Shown piece after piece: positions 26,116-35,901 of a stretch of 55,070 bases of DNA; the first letter of the stretch is position 1, and each line of letters starts with the position of its first letter. The stretch is from Thermoproteota archaeon. GTDB lineage: Archaea > Korarchaeota > Korarchaeia > Korarchaeales > Korarchaeaceae. The stretch lies in assembly GCA_027491435.1 (NCBI GenBank), contig JAOZFG010000037.1:1-55070 (forward strand), given 5' to 3'. The notes below the pieces were generated by a model that saw only the letters and a program-made list of their open reading frames with translations, was not told where the DNA came from and made no database searches. The position numbers and the translations under genes are program-made.

Positions 26116-27492
26116 ATGAGGTCGCTCACGATACCCTTGCTTGTTATACTGCTCATACCCCTCCTCCCTGTAAAAGCTCAGCAATGGGATTTGGAGCTGG
26201 AGAGGGTCACCACCTTGCCAATAGATGCTAAGGTACAGCAGGGACAGGCTCTAACCATATCGGCTCAGATAAGGAATAGGGGCGACTCCCCCTTCAGCGG
26301 CCAAGTCAGGTTGGAAGTTTACGTGGACGACCACCCCGTCATAGTGGAGATATGGTCTTTAGGCGAGACCCCAGTACCGGTCGGCGGGCTGGCGGCCATA
26401 ACCAGGAAGCTGAACACCTCTGACTTATCCATAGGGGTTCACGAGCTTAAGGTCGAGGTGCTCCCCACCACCTTCACGGACCCCGACCTGAAGAACAACA
26501 TATATACGCTAACCTTCGTGGTCACGGAGAGGGCCAAGGCCTACATAGAGATTGAGGAGCTCCTCCAAGGGGTTGAGAGCACCGTTTACGTGAGCATAGA
26601 TAACCCCACCTCAGAGTCCCTAAACCTGAGGGTGAGGCTCCTGGTCAACGGCACCGAGGTAGGTGTTGACGAGGTCTTAGCCCCCCCATCTACCGTCTCC
26701 CTGGCGGTCTTCAAGTACAAACCTGAGAAACCAGGCGTGGTTAAGCTGAAGGCCCTGGTGATGAAGGGTTCAGCTCTATTCGCCGAGACCAGCTACATGG
26801 CTGAGGTTAGGCCTACCTGCGACGTTGGGGTGGACGAGGTTATCGTCCCTAAGGTTATCTACGTGGGGGAAGAGGTCGAGGCCACAATTTACCTGATTAA
26901 CAACGGTTCAACGACTCCTAGAAGCGTTTTCAGGGTTAAGCTAGACGATGAGGTTGTACATGAGGAGGAAGTCGAGGAGTACGGGAAGGTGAAGCTCACC
27001 CTGCCCACCGCTGACCTGGCTATGGGAGAGCACGGCCTACAGGTGACTTTAGAGCCTATAGACGTGGTCGACTTGAACGAGGAGAACAACAAGCTCTACG
27101 TCTCTTTCAAGGTTAAACCCGTTCCCGTTCTGATGTACGCCAATGCTAGGGATGGGAGAATTGCGGTCAACCTCACCAACGCTGGGGAGATGGTTGCTGA
27201 TTTCAGGGTAGCTGTCTCCAACAATGGCAGCGAAGTGGACTCCATGCTGGTAACCCTCTCGCCAGACGAGAGCAAGCTCCTCACCTTCGAGCTAGAGCCG
27301 GGGAACTACACCGTCACGGTTTATCAGGGAAGCTACAAGATAGTTGAGACCCAAGTGAAGCTGGAAGGCCCTAGAAGTATGGAAAGCGGGGGAATAGATC
27401 CTCTTCCCGTAATTATAGCGGTGCTAATAGCGACCATCGCCGGCTTCGTGGCTTACAAGAAACTCAGGAGGAGGAAGTGGCCTGCCGAATAA
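26116..27492 (+). CDS. CARDB/Ig-like repeat cell-surface protein
   Basis: Signal peptide, repeated I.N.G...D.NE.NN CARDB patterns, C-terminal TM helix plus basic tail. Confidence 0.85.
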   Translation: MRSLTIPLLVILLIPLLPVKAQQWDLELERVTTLPIDAKVQQGQALTISAQIRNRGDSPFSGQVRLEVYVDDHPVIVEIWSLGETPVPVGGLAAITRKLNTSDLSIGVHELKVEVLPTTFTDPDLKNNIYTLTFVVTERAKAYIEIEELLQGVESTVYVSIDNPTSESLNLRVRLLVNGTEVGVDEVLAPPSTVSLAVFKYKPEKPGVVKLKALVMKGSALFAETSYMAEVRPTCDVGVDEVIVPKVIYVGEEVEATIYLINNGSTTPRSVFRVKLDDEVVHEEEVEEYGKVKLTLPTADLAMGEHGLQVTLEPIDVVDLNEENNKLYVSFKVKPVPVLMYANARDGRIAVNLTNAGEMVADFRVAVSNNGSEVDSMLVTLSPDESKLLTFELEPGNYTVTVYQGSYKIVETQVKLEGPRSMESGGIDPLPVIIAVLIATIAGFVAYKKLRRRKWPAE

Positions 27493-27551
27493 CTTTCCCC
27501 TAACTACCGTGATTTAATCCCCCCTTTATTCTCCCGACGGGCCCATTACTG

Positions 27552-27683
27552 ATGAGGGTTAGAAGGCTGGTCTACCTGGTGGCTTCCCTGTCCATTCCCC
27601 TGTTGGCGCTTGCGTTTTACCCGCAAGCTTACCCAGCAGCTGCAGCGCTGGCCTACTCACTTGCTTGGAGGTGTTTACGCTGA
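27552..27683 (+). CDS. Small hydrophobic protein (43 aa)
   Basis: Manual translation MRVRRLVYLVASLSIPLLALAFYPQAYPAAAALAYSLAWRCLR; heads a tightly overlapping gene run. Confidence 0.45.
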   Translation: MRVRRLVYLVASLSIPLLALAFYPQAYPAAAALAYSLAWRCLR

Positions 27684-28066
27684 AGTTGAGCATTGAGACC
27701 TCCCTGCTCACGCTGACGGGATTTGCGATGGTCTACTTGGCCATCACAGGGCCGCTCACAGAAGCCATGCTCGTCTTGGAAGGGGCTAAAAGGGAGGAGT
27801 GCGCTTACAAAACTTTGAGGGCCATTGACCTGGCTATCTCAGCGGCCGTGGGTGGAGGATCTTCAAGCAGCATCGTGAACATACCATGTGAAGTGAAGAT
27901 TAGCGGCTCCGGTAGTTCAATAACCGTCTCCTCTGAAGATAAGGTTTTCACGCTAAACTACCCCTTTAAGGTTCAGGCTTCAGGCGTGTTGAGCGGGAGC
28001 GCTACAGTCGAGGCTAGGTTCGTCAACGGAACGGTTTACGTGGAGGTCCACCCTAATGGAGGCTAG
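27665..28066 (+). CDS. Pilin-like/secreted hypothetical protein
   Basis: N-terminal hydrophobic helix after KLSIE, an amphipathic helix, then a beta-rich domain. Confidence 0.55.
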   Translation: MEVFTLKLSIETSLLTLTGFAMVYLAITGPLTEAMLVLEGAKREECAYKTLRAIDLAISAAVGGGSSSSIVNIPCEVKISGSGSSITVSSEDKVFTLNYPFKVQASGVLSGSATVEARFVNGTVYVEVHPNGG

Positions 28067-28271
28067 CCTCTCCTCCTTACTGAACGCCCAGATCTTCTGG
28101 CTGGCCTTTCTAATCCTGACTTTGACCCTGGCGTTCACTTTGGAGGGGCTCTACACGAACCTCGATAGGGTGAAGGAGGCCAAGGTTATGCAAATTAAGG
28201 AGCTCGGATCCAGGCTGGAGCTTGATGTAGAGAAAGTTGTGGAGGAGATAAAAGATGATGGAGCTCCTTGA
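28056..28271 (+). CDS. Small membrane-anchored hypothetical protein
   Basis: 71 aa with one N-terminal TM helix; overlaps both neighbours. Confidence 0.55.
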   Translation: MEASLSSLLNAQIFWLAFLILTLTLAFTLEGLYTNLDRVKEAKVMQIKELGSRLELDVEKVVEEIKDDGAP

Positions 28272-28344
28272 GGGCTACTTGGCCGTGCTCACCTTGGCGA
28301 CCCTCCTGACTCTAGTGGCCCTAGTCGGGTGGTTCTTCTCGTGA
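28255..28344 (+). CDS. Single-TM microprotein (29 aa)
   Basis: MMELLEGYLAVLTLATLLTLVALVGWFFS behind GGAGGAG; its TGA overlaps the next GTG. Confidence 0.45.
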   Translation: MMELLEGYLAVLTLATLLTLVALVGWFFS

Positions 28345-28607
28345 AATACCTACTGGTTATCCTTATAGTCGCACTAGCCCTGCAGGTGGTTCTAACTAAA
28401 ACCAGGTACCTGCAACCTTCCTGGCAGAGGGTCATGAAGGAAAAAGCGTGCACCGTGGTGATAAGTCATGTTAAGGCGTCGATCCTCTGGGAGGAGCCTT
28501 ATTCCAGCGAGTGCTTTGTAGGCCTAACTTGTCCCGCCAGGGGGCCGGCCTACTGCCTCAGGATACCCCTCCCAGGAGAGGACGTAACGTTGGGGGTGAG
28601 ATGCTGA
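28341..28607 (+). CDS. Small secreted Cys-containing hypothetical protein
   Basis: MKYLLVILIVALAL signal/anchor; GTGA overlap with the upstream ORF. Confidence 0.55.
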   Translation: MKYLLVILIVALALQVVLTKTRYLQPSWQRVMKEKACTVVISHVKASILWEEPYSSECFVGLTCPARGPAYCLRIPLPGEDVTLGVRC

Positions 28608-29398
28608 AGGAGTGGGTGACCCTGCTAATGCTCGCGTCCCTGCTACTGGCTGCGGCCTCGATACCCGACCTAGACAGGCCGGACTGGGTTTACAACAGGG
28701 CAGAGTTGAGGGCCTACCAGATCTTCGCCGAGCTCGAGACCATGGGTCCCAGGGCCATGGTCTACTCCAGGGCTTACCTAGACTCCTGGCTTAAAGAGGT
28801 TAACGGCAGTGAATGCTTCGAGGTGCCGCCTGACGTGCCGGAGCTTGAGTTCATGAAAGATATAAGGGAAGGGCTTGAGGAGAAGGGGTTGTCCGGTGGC
28901 GTCGTGGTCCACTTCACTGTGTTGAGGGGGAGGGAGGGCGATGAATCCGACCCCAGCTTCTCAGGCCTTTGCAGGGAGGGTAGCATACTTGTGAAGGCGG
29001 ACCTGTACTCGAGCGTGTCTGACCCCATGACCGGGGTCAAGGGAGAGAGGGAGCTAACAGTTCAGGGCTGTCAACCAACTGCTTACTTCTTCATGAGGGA
29101 TTACCTGAATAACCTCTCCAAGAAGCTGGGTCAGCTGGTGAAAAGGGCCGTTGAGGAAAACCTATCCCTTGAGGAGCTCCTAGAGCTAATAAAGCTGAAC
29201 TTGACCCTAGAGGTCGCTGACATGCCGGCCGGGTTTACCGCATATTGGACTGTCTACAGCTTTCCCGGGTTAATCAGGGTTGTGTTCCGCATCAAGGATG
29301 GGTTAGCTGAATTTTATCACGGGGGCGAGCTTCACAAGGGGTTTTACTGTAGGAGGGTCTACGAGCTGGAGCTGCCTGAAAGTTTTAGAGGAGATTGA
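28601..29398 (+). CDS. Secreted hypothetical protein
   Basis: ATG 28601 behind GGGGGTG; signal peptide MLKEWVTLLMLASLLLAAA. Confidence 0.65.
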   Translation: MLKEWVTLLMLASLLLAAASIPDLDRPDWVYNRAELRAYQIFAELETMGPRAMVYSRAYLDSWLKEVNGSECFEVPPDVPELEFMKDIREGLEEKGLSGGVVVHFTVLRGREGDESDPSFSGLCREGSILVKADLYSSVSDPMTGVKGERELTVQGCQPTAYFFMRDYLNNLSKKLGQLVKRAVEENLSLEELLELIKLNLTLEVADMPAGFTAYWTVYSFPGLIRVVFRIKDGLAEFYHGGELHKGFYCRRVYELELPESFRGD

Positions 29399-29439
29399 GA
29401 AAGGTGGTAAGGGTTAAATCTTGCTTGGAACTTCTTGTG

Positions 29440-29742
29440 ATGAGGACCAAAGCCTTAGCCCTAGTCGCCCTGATCCTGATGACCTTGTCCTACTCTACTG
29501 TGAGAGTAAGCGCTTCCAACTTCCTGGATAGGTTCAACGACATGGTGGAGGACATAACCCAGAGCATCGTGGACTTCATAAACATGCTTAAGGCCTCGGC
29601 CATTACCATAGGCAGGGTCCTATCCGGAGCTTTAATAGCTATAGGCGTTGTCCTTTGGGCTAGCGACGTGTTCTCCTACAGGGGCCGGAAGCTCATAATA
29701 AGTGGCGTGATACTCATGCTCCTGATCGAACTTGTAAGTTAA
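29440..29742 (+). CDS. VirB2/TrbC-like (conjugative-pilin-like) membrane protein
   Basis: Signal peptide, amphipathic helix, then two hydrophobic helices joined by a basic loop (YRGRK). Confidence 0.45.
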   Translation: MRTKALALVALILMTLSYSTVRVSASNFLDRFNDMVEDITQSIVDFINMLKASAITIGRVLSGALIAIGVVLWASDVFSYRGRKLIISGVILMLLIELVS

Positions 29743-29773
29743 AAGCGGTGCCCTGTCCGAAACAGGGGGTACT

Positions 29774-30571
29774 ATGAAGAGGGTAGGGTTCGTCCAGAAC
29801 AACCCCGTGTTCGGCGAGGTTGAGAGGAACGTCAACAGGGCTTTGGAGCTGGCCAGCACCGTGGAAGCTGATCTCCTAGTTTTTCCCGAGCTCTTCAACA
29901 CTGGGTACCTCTTTCTATCTAAAGAGGAGGCCTACAAGCTCTCAGAGACTCTCGAGGGCCCCACGGTGAGGAAGCTCCAGAGGTTCAGTGAAGAGACATC
30001 GACGGCCGTGGTGGCCGGCTTCGCTGAAAGGGTTGGAGAAAAGGTGTACAACTCTGCTGTAGTCATCGACGTGGACGGCTCTGTGAAGGGGGTGTACAGG
30101 AAGACCCACCTGTTCTATGAAGAGAAGCTCTTCTTTGAGCCCGGGGATACGGGCTTCAAGGTGTTTGAGGTGGCTGGCATGAGAGTGGGCGTGATGATAT
30201 GCTACGACTGGCGGTTCCCAGAGTCCGCTAGAACTCTAGCGCTTAAGGGGGCTCAGGTGATAGCCCACCCGTCCAACCTGGTCTTGCCCCACGCGCCCAC
30301 AGCAGACCTGGCCAGGGCTGTGGAGAACAGGGTCTTCCTGATCCTGGCAGACAGGAGCGGCGCTGACGTGAGGGGGGAGAGGAGGTTGGATTTCGAGGGC
30401 AAGAGCATGGTCGTGGATCCCGACATGAACGTCTTGGTCAAGGCCCCAAGGGAGGGGGAACATGCAATGGTTGCAGAGATAGACCCCAAGGTCGCCGACG
30501 TCAAGAACATCAACCCGTTGAATCACATTTTAAAGGACAGGAGGCCCCATCTCTACGAAGGTCTATGCTGA
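29774..30571 (+). CDS. Carbon-nitrogen hydrolase (nitrilase family)
   Basis: FPEL, YRKTHL and ICYDWRFPE catalytic triad motifs. Confidence 0.93.
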   Translation: MKRVGFVQNNPVFGEVERNVNRALELASTVEADLLVFPELFNTGYLFLSKEEAYKLSETLEGPTVRKLQRFSEETSTAVVAGFAERVGEKVYNSAVVIDVDGSVKGVYRKTHLFYEEKLFFEPGDTGFKVFEVAGMRVGVMICYDWRFPESARTLALKGAQVIAHPSNLVLPHAPTADLARAVENRVFLILADRSGADVRGERRLDFEGKSMVVDPDMNVLVKAPREGEHAMVAEIDPKVADVKNINPLNHILKDRRPHLYEGLC

Positions 30572-32130
30572 GTAAAAGGTCCCTCCTATCAATTTTATTG
30601 GTGATTTCTTTCACCTTAGTTTACGCTGATGTCAATACATTTAAACCTCTATCCGACGTTGGGATAAGCAGTTATGACCCAACCCAGTCTATACACGGAG
30701 TTGACCAAGTGAACGTCAGCTGGTCCCCCTCGGGCGAAGTCCGCTACCTGGTGGGCTTCAGCTTCAGCCCTATACCGAGGTACTCAGTAGTGGAGTCAGC
30801 CAACCTGACGCTTAACCTGGCCAACAATAGTGTACCATTATACCTGGAGCTCTGGGAGGTATCGGGAAGGCCCAACGTTATCTGCACGTCTTGGACCATG
30901 GTCACGTGCTCCGACAAGTGGTCCAACGAAGGGGGAGACTTGATAAGGCTCGTGGACGAGGCGGTGGTCGACCGCAGGGGAGGGGAGGTAAACTTCAACG
31001 TAACCTCCTTTGTACAGAAGCTACTGACTAACGGGGACGAGGGCTGGCTCCTAGTCAAGGTCAAGGACAACGAGACCGGGTGGGGCCTCGTAAACACGGA
31101 GATATCTTCTTCGCCCCCCACAATAACGGTTGTCTACAGGAAGCCCGTCCTGGTCGCTCATTCCAAGGTGAAGGAGGTCAGGATTGCCCAGGGGGAAGAG
31201 GTCAAGTTTAGGGTCACGGTTGATGGAGCACTTCCCGTACCGGTCAAGCTTGAGCTAGAGTCTCCCATCGAGCTTAACTACTCCTTCGATCCTCCTGAGG
31301 CCCTACCGCCGTTTAACTCTTCCCTATCGATAAGGGTCCCTGAGACCACGCCGGCTGGCAGGTACGAGCTCAGGATCATAGCTAAGGGCCCTACTCCCGA
31401 GCTCAGCTCAAACTTCACGGTGAACCTAACGGTAGTAGAATCCGTTGGCTTAACGGTGAAGGTCCCTAGGGAGCTAAGCCTTCACGGAGGGCAGGAGAAG
31501 GCATTAACGATCCAGGTGCTGCCCAAAGGCGGCTACGAGGACAAGGTGTTCGTGACGATAAAGGAGGCGCCGGACTGGCTCTTCATCTTCCTAGAGCCTA
31601 ACCTGGGGAAGCCCCCCTTCAACTGCACCCTCAAGCTCAGGCCCCTTCCAGGAGCTAACGGCACCGGAACTATTGTGTTGCAGTTCTCCGGACAGGGAGT
31701 TCTGAGAACAGTTGAACTCAACGTCAGCACGACCCCTAGGATGGTTGCCGTCTACTCCAACTCGATAGACTGGAGCCTAACCAAGGAAGCCCTGATCTCA
31801 GCTTCAAACGAGACTGGCGTCCTGCTACACAGGTTAAAAGAGCCAGAATTCGAGGGCTACGACCTGGTTATACTGATGGGAGGGCCCCTAGCTCCAGAGG
31901 ACGACTGGATGCCCACGAACGTAGTGAGGAGGTTGCTACCTCAGGAGAAGGTTGAAGAGCTGATTAAGGTCGGGTGGGTCGTCTACTGGACGGAGTATCA
32001 GGGCGTCAAGGCAGTTGTGGTCGCGGGCAAGGACAGATACATGACCTCTAAGGTCCTAACTATGGACCTGGACGGGGACGGGACTCCCTTGGTGGAGGAG
32101 CTGATAAAGGGTACAGCCAGACCCGGTTAG
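30565..32130 (+). CDS. Secreted multi-domain surface protein (DNRLRE/CBM96-like plus Ig-like domains)
   Basis: Signal peptide; VESANLTL, W...W...GGD and FNVTSFVQ patterns; Ig-like repeats; C-terminal domain with LMGGP and AGKDR. Confidence 0.65.
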   Translation: MLSKRSLLSILLVISFTLVYADVNTFKPLSDVGISSYDPTQSIHGVDQVNVSWSPSGEVRYLVGFSFSPIPRYSVVESANLTLNLANNSVPLYLELWEVSGRPNVICTSWTMVTCSDKWSNEGGDLIRLVDEAVVDRRGGEVNFNVTSFVQKLLTNGDEGWLLVKVKDNETGWGLVNTEISSSPPTITVVYRKPVLVAHSKVKEVRIAQGEEVKFRVTVDGALPVPVKLELESPIELNYSFDPPEALPPFNSSLSIRVPETTPAGRYELRIIAKGPTPELSSNFTVNLTVVESVGLTVKVPRELSLHGGQEKALTIQVLPKGGYEDKVFVTIKEAPDWLFIFLEPNLGKPPFNCTLKLRPLPGANGTGTIVLQFSGQGVLRTVELNVSTTPRMVAVYSNSIDWSLTKEALISASNETGVLLHRLKEPEFEGYDLVILMGGPLAPEDDWMPTNVVRRLLPQEKVEELIKVGWVVYWTEYQGVKAVVVAGKDRYMTSKVLTMDLDGDGTPLVEELIKGTARPG

Positions 32131-34649
32131 CCCATCTTTTTCCAGGCCTCCTCCGGCCTGTTTTTCGCCTTGGATGGGAATGAGACCACCTCAGTTTCCA
32201 CGACCACTGGGAACTGAATTGGGCTGGCCATCCCCCATATCAGGGCCTCATGATCAGCCAACCCTGGCAGGAACTCTCTCACACCCTCGACCTCCGTGTA
32301 CCTCTCTACAGCCTCCTGATCATTTCCATTCCTTAACCTAAAAGCCACAACGGTGTTGGCCTGGCTGATTACGTTCTTGGCCACGTAAGCAGGCCTCTGG
32401 GTGACTATCACGAACCCCAGGTTATAGCCACCCGCTTGACTGACGGCCTCTATTATGGCCTGAGCCGCCCCGACCTCGTAGGGATCGCCTACCAAGTTGT
32501 AGCCCCTTTCAGGGATCAGGTACTGGGCCTCCTCAACCACCACTATTAGGGCGAAGTCCCCGTGGCTTCTCCTCTCAACGGCGTAGTTAGTTAACCTCCT
32601 CACCACGTCCCTCACAACTCTGAACTGGTCGTCGTACCTGGCGTCTGTGCTGAAGTCCACGATGGTTAGGGGGTTCTCCCTGACCACCTCGACCACGTCA
32701 AGCCCCCCGCCCTTCCTGCCAAGGGAGGCCCTCCTTAACCTAGCTTCCAAGTCGGATAGCACTGAAGGCTTTACCCTCAGCTCCCTAGCAGTTCTCCTGA
32801 CGGCCCTGATCATACCCTCCCTATCTAGCTCATCCCCCCTCTCAAACATGTCGTTCAGAGCTGAGGTAAGCAGTAGGTAAGCTGTGGAGTTGGGCTTCAA
32901 CCCCAGCCTAGTGGCCACGTCGTGAGGGCTAACGTAGCCCTCAGCTGGTATGAAGGAAGAGTAGTCGAAGACTCTCCCCCTGCCGTTAACGTACTCCCCC
33001 CTCCTGTCGAAGACCAGGAAGTGGGGCCTGGGATTGAGCTGGGAGGCCTTGCTGAGCAGGGTGCTGACGAAGCTGCTGTTATGTACGAAGACTCCGTTGG
33101 CCAAGAAGTTCTCGTCCATGTCCACTGAGAGGTCGTAGACGTACTTACCAGCGTATGGGACCTCCTCAACGCTCACAACCCTCTCCAGTATGACGTTGTC
33201 CATCACTATCAGGTCCTTGTCCCTCAGGCTACTTCCCGCAGATCCCCTGTAGTACCTGGAGACCACTCTGCCGTCTTCACGGTAACTCCTCATGACGCTC
33301 AGCTCGAAGCTCACCGGGTCTATCCAGACGACGTTCTCCCCAACTCCAGTCACTATGATTCCCAGTAAGTTTAGGAGCATTATCAACCTGTTCACGTCGT
33401 TGTAAAAGACGGCTTTCTCCCCCAACTCGCCCCATACCGGCGGGGAAGTCCTGTAGAAGAACTCCATCAAGGCCACTTTCCTCGGCTGAAGGTCTATGCC
33501 GGTGAAGTGAACGTAAGACGTTGGGAGGTGAAAGAAGGCGTTAAGCCCCTCCAACATGAGCTGGGTGAGCTCCTCTGACCTGACAGCCAGCAAGTTCTTG
33601 TTCTCAACCCTGTAGTCGAGGCCTGCTTCTTCAGCGGCGTATATGGCCTCTCCTACAGAATCCTCGAATATGTAAACCCATGGATACCTGGGGGACGAGA
33701 TCCCGTTGGCTAGGGAAATGCCAAGCAGCCTAGCTATGTAAGGATTGACCTCACCCTTAGGCTCCGGAAGTTGAACGTTCCAGGGTGATATCAGGTACTT
33801 CCTCTTCATTAGTAAGAGGTCTTTAGGGGTGACGGCCGAGACGCTGCTTCCGTCTATCGTAACCAGGAGGCTATGATCCTCCGTCACCTTCACGCTCTTT
33901 CCAGAAGCTGTGGTCACCTTGTAAATCCTCTTGTCAGCCCTGTGCCTTATCACCCTCTTTATCTTGGACCACCTGGGCTTGAGGTGGGCGTCCAGGGACA
34001 GGGTGTACAGCCCCCTCCCAGTTACGTCCTTAACTCCCTCTTCTCCGTTGGAGAAGAAGCCGTCCACGAAGGAGCCTATTGGAGTTATCCTAATCCTTCC
34101 CTCCTTGGAGTCGTAGAGCACTATCAAGGTATCTCTGGTCACGCTCTTACCGCTCCTAGTCATTCCTGTGACGAACATGTGTCCTGTAGAGATGGCGGAT
34201 ATGTCCAGGGAGAAGGGAACCCTGGTCCCCTTAACCCTGCCTATAGTAACGGGAAGGCCTAACTTCTTGGCGCTGGAGAAGAAGCGGGCTACGTCAGAGT
34301 CGGTTGGGGTCATTACAGGGGAAAGAGTGGAGGGAGGTGCCTCTAGGAACCTCATGTTTCCCATATCATCCCTATACCCGAGGACCTCACATACCACAAC
34401 TAAGTACTCAAGCTCGGCAGTGTAATCAGCTAGCAAACCAGAGGAGCTCGCTATTAACGCAGACCCGCCGACGTCAAGCTCCTCATTTACAGTGACTACA
34501 TCTACGGCCCTGAGGAAGACCATCACTTTCTTCCAGGGGTGCTTGACCACGTAGTAACTGCCAACTCCAACTCTGGCGCCCTTGACTGCCACGAAGGTTA
34601 TCCTTCTGGGGTTGGATTTTGACATGACGTAGCCTACGATCTCCCTCAA
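32127..34649 (-). CDS. herA: HerA-family ATPase/helicase containing an intein
   Basis: HAS-barrel N-terminus; HMFVTGMTRSGK/SS Walker A split by the intein; VFDRRGEY, VVEEAQ and VTQRPA motifs; coupled to nurA. Confidence 0.9.
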   Translation of the reverse strand: MREIVGYVMSKSNPRRITFVAVKGARVGVGSYYVVKHPWKKVMVFLRAVDVVTVNEELDVGGSALIASSSGLLADYTAELEYLVVVCEVLGYRDDMGNMRFLEAPPSTLSPVMTPTDSDVARFFSSAKKLGLPVTIGRVKGTRVPFSLDISAISTGHMFVTGMTRSGKSVTRDTLIVLYDSKEGRIRITPIGSFVDGFFSNGEEGVKDVTGRGLYTLSLDAHLKPRWSKIKRVIRHRADKRIYKVTTASGKSVKVTEDHSLLVTIDGSSVSAVTPKDLLLMKRKYLISPWNVQLPEPKGEVNPYIARLLGISLANGISSPRYPWVYIFEDSVGEAIYAAEEAGLDYRVENKNLLAVRSEELTQLMLEGLNAFFHLPTSYVHFTGIDLQPRKVALMEFFYRTSPPVWGELGEKAVFYNDVNRLIMLLNLLGIIVTGVGENVVWIDPVSFELSVMRSYREDGRVVSRYYRGSAGSSLRDKDLIVMDNVILERVVSVEEVPYAGKYVYDLSVDMDENFLANGVFVHNSSFVSTLLSKASQLNPRPHFLVFDRRGEYVNGRGRVFDYSSFIPAEGYVSPHDVATRLGLKPNSTAYLLLTSALNDMFERGDELDREGMIRAVRRTARELRVKPSVLSDLEARLRRASLGRKGGGLDVVEVVRENPLTIVDFSTDARYDDQFRVVRDVVRRLTNYAVERRSHGDFALIVVVEEAQYLIPERGYNLVGDPYEVGAAQAIIEAVSQAGGYNLGFVIVTQRPAYVAKNVISQANTVVAFRLRNGNDQEAVERYTEVEGVREFLPGLADHEALIWGMASPIQFPVVVETEVVSFPSKAKNRPEEAWKKMG
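33078..34145 (-). mobile_element. Intein (356 aa) in HerA Walker A, degenerate LAGLIDADG region
   Basis: Begins SVTRDT, block B VKVTEDHSLL, block F/G YVYDLSVDMDENFLANGVFVHN followed by Ser; LLGISLANG remnant. Confidence 0.92.
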
Positions 34650-35719
34650 CCCTCCTCCCCTCTTTGAAGCGAGAATATGGCGAGCTCCTCTATCTCCTCA
34701 GGCGACATGTTCTTCCTGAGCTCAGATATCATGAGCTTGTAGAGGAGGGAGACGTGCCTCTCGGTAACCTTGGATATCCTGTCCACTGCCACTATCTGTA
34801 TAGGTATCCCCGTCCTGGGATCTGCTGTGGAGTAGAGCAGGTTCGCTATAGTCTCGGCGGAGGGGAGAGCGTATCTGGGCAGGTCAATCCTGAAGGGCTT
34901 CCTCCTCCTCACGAAGATAGACCAGGGATCATAGCCCTCATTGTCCCCCAGCCAGATTAGGACATCCTCCCACTTGGAGTTTAGGGGAACCGGCCCGACT
35001 GCTTGGCCCTCCTCGGCTAGGACGTTAACCAACAAGTTATCTGGGATCCTCCCGAGCCCGAGCCTGGAAGAAATGGAGGTGCTCCTCACCCTCTTAACCA
35101 CTCCAATGACGGGTTTGTCCTCCTCCTTGCCTCTCCTCAAGAGCTCGGCCAGGCTCTTGTAGGTCTTCTCGTAAACTAGGTGATAGGCGGGGCTGTGGGC
35201 CCTCCCCCTGGGACTGTAGTAGTTCTTAGGAGGATAGAGGGGTCCATCAAGGAGGACCACGTCTACATCCTTTAGCAGGTTAAGGGCTAGCCTGTACTGC
35301 AGGTAGTAACCGACTAGCGTGGAGTACTTGGCGCCCTCCTCATCGTCGAAGTAACCCTTGAGGGGCTTTATCGTGGCCACTGTAGGAGGTGAGGCCTTTC
35401 TAGAGCCCACGAACTTCATCCCCACGGCGATGGTCACCGGCTGGTAGCCGAAGAGGAGGTCCTTCCCGTTGGCCCCAGCGTCGGTTGCTGCCACCTTGAC
35501 TAGGGAGTAGTCGACCTTCCTCAACTTAAGCTTGGGAATTAGGGCCTCCAGCTCCTCCTTTATCTCCTGAACCTCTTTAGCCAACTCTGCAAGATTTTTA
35601 GCGTGATTCTTGGCTATTTGAGCCAGTATCTCGTTTAACCTGTCAGTCCTAGCAATTACGACGTCCAGACCTTCTTCCTCCGAGAGCCTGTACTTGGACC
35701 TCGAGCCCCTCTTTACCAT
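34646..35719 (-). CDS. nurA: NurA-family nuclease
   Basis: AATDAG, VLLDGPL, IGVVKRV and GIPIQIVAVDRISKV motifs; start uncertain (35719 or 35773). Confidence 0.85.
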   Translation of the reverse strand: MVKRGSRSKYRLSEEEGLDVVIARTDRLNEILAQIAKNHAKNLAELAKEVQEIKEELEALIPKLKLRKVDYSLVKVAATDAGANGKDLLFGYQPVTIAVGMKFVGSRKASPPTVATIKPLKGYFDDEEGAKYSTLVGYYLQYRLALNLLKDVDVVLLDGPLYPPKNYYSPRGRAHSPAYHLVYEKTYKSLAELLRRGKEEDKPVIGVVKRVRSTSISSRLGLGRIPDNLLVNVLAEEGQAVGPVPLNSKWEDVLIWLGDNEGYDPWSIFVRRRKPFRIDLPRYALPSAETIANLLYSTADPRTGIPIQIVAVDRISKVTERHVSLLYKLMISELRKNMSPEEIEELAIFSLQRGEEG

Positions 35720-35780
35720 CCTCCTCGATACTTTTCCGAATGTTTTTAATATAAAATGGTGATCTCCCTTCAATACCTTA

Positions 35781-35858
35781 ATTTCTACTCGGAGTAAAGA
35801 TAAATTTTGATAGAGATAATACAGTTTTATTATATAAAATGGGTTTGAAAGTAGAAAT
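35781..35858. promoter_or_regulatory. AT-rich divergent promoter with inverted repeats
   Basis: ATTTCTACT (35781) inverted with AGTAGAAAT (35850); TACTC-G-GAGTA palindrome; TTTTAT-TAT-ATAAAA back-to-back TATA-like element. Confidence 0.5.
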
Positions 35859-35901
35859 CAAATGGAGTACCCAAAAAGATTAAATGTAGTCAAAATGAAT
35901 T

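Noticed and set aside
20780-34649. Sir2-HerA defence system
   Set aside because: The sirtuin is a canonical zinc-binding CobB over 10 kb from herA, and herA is coupled to nurA
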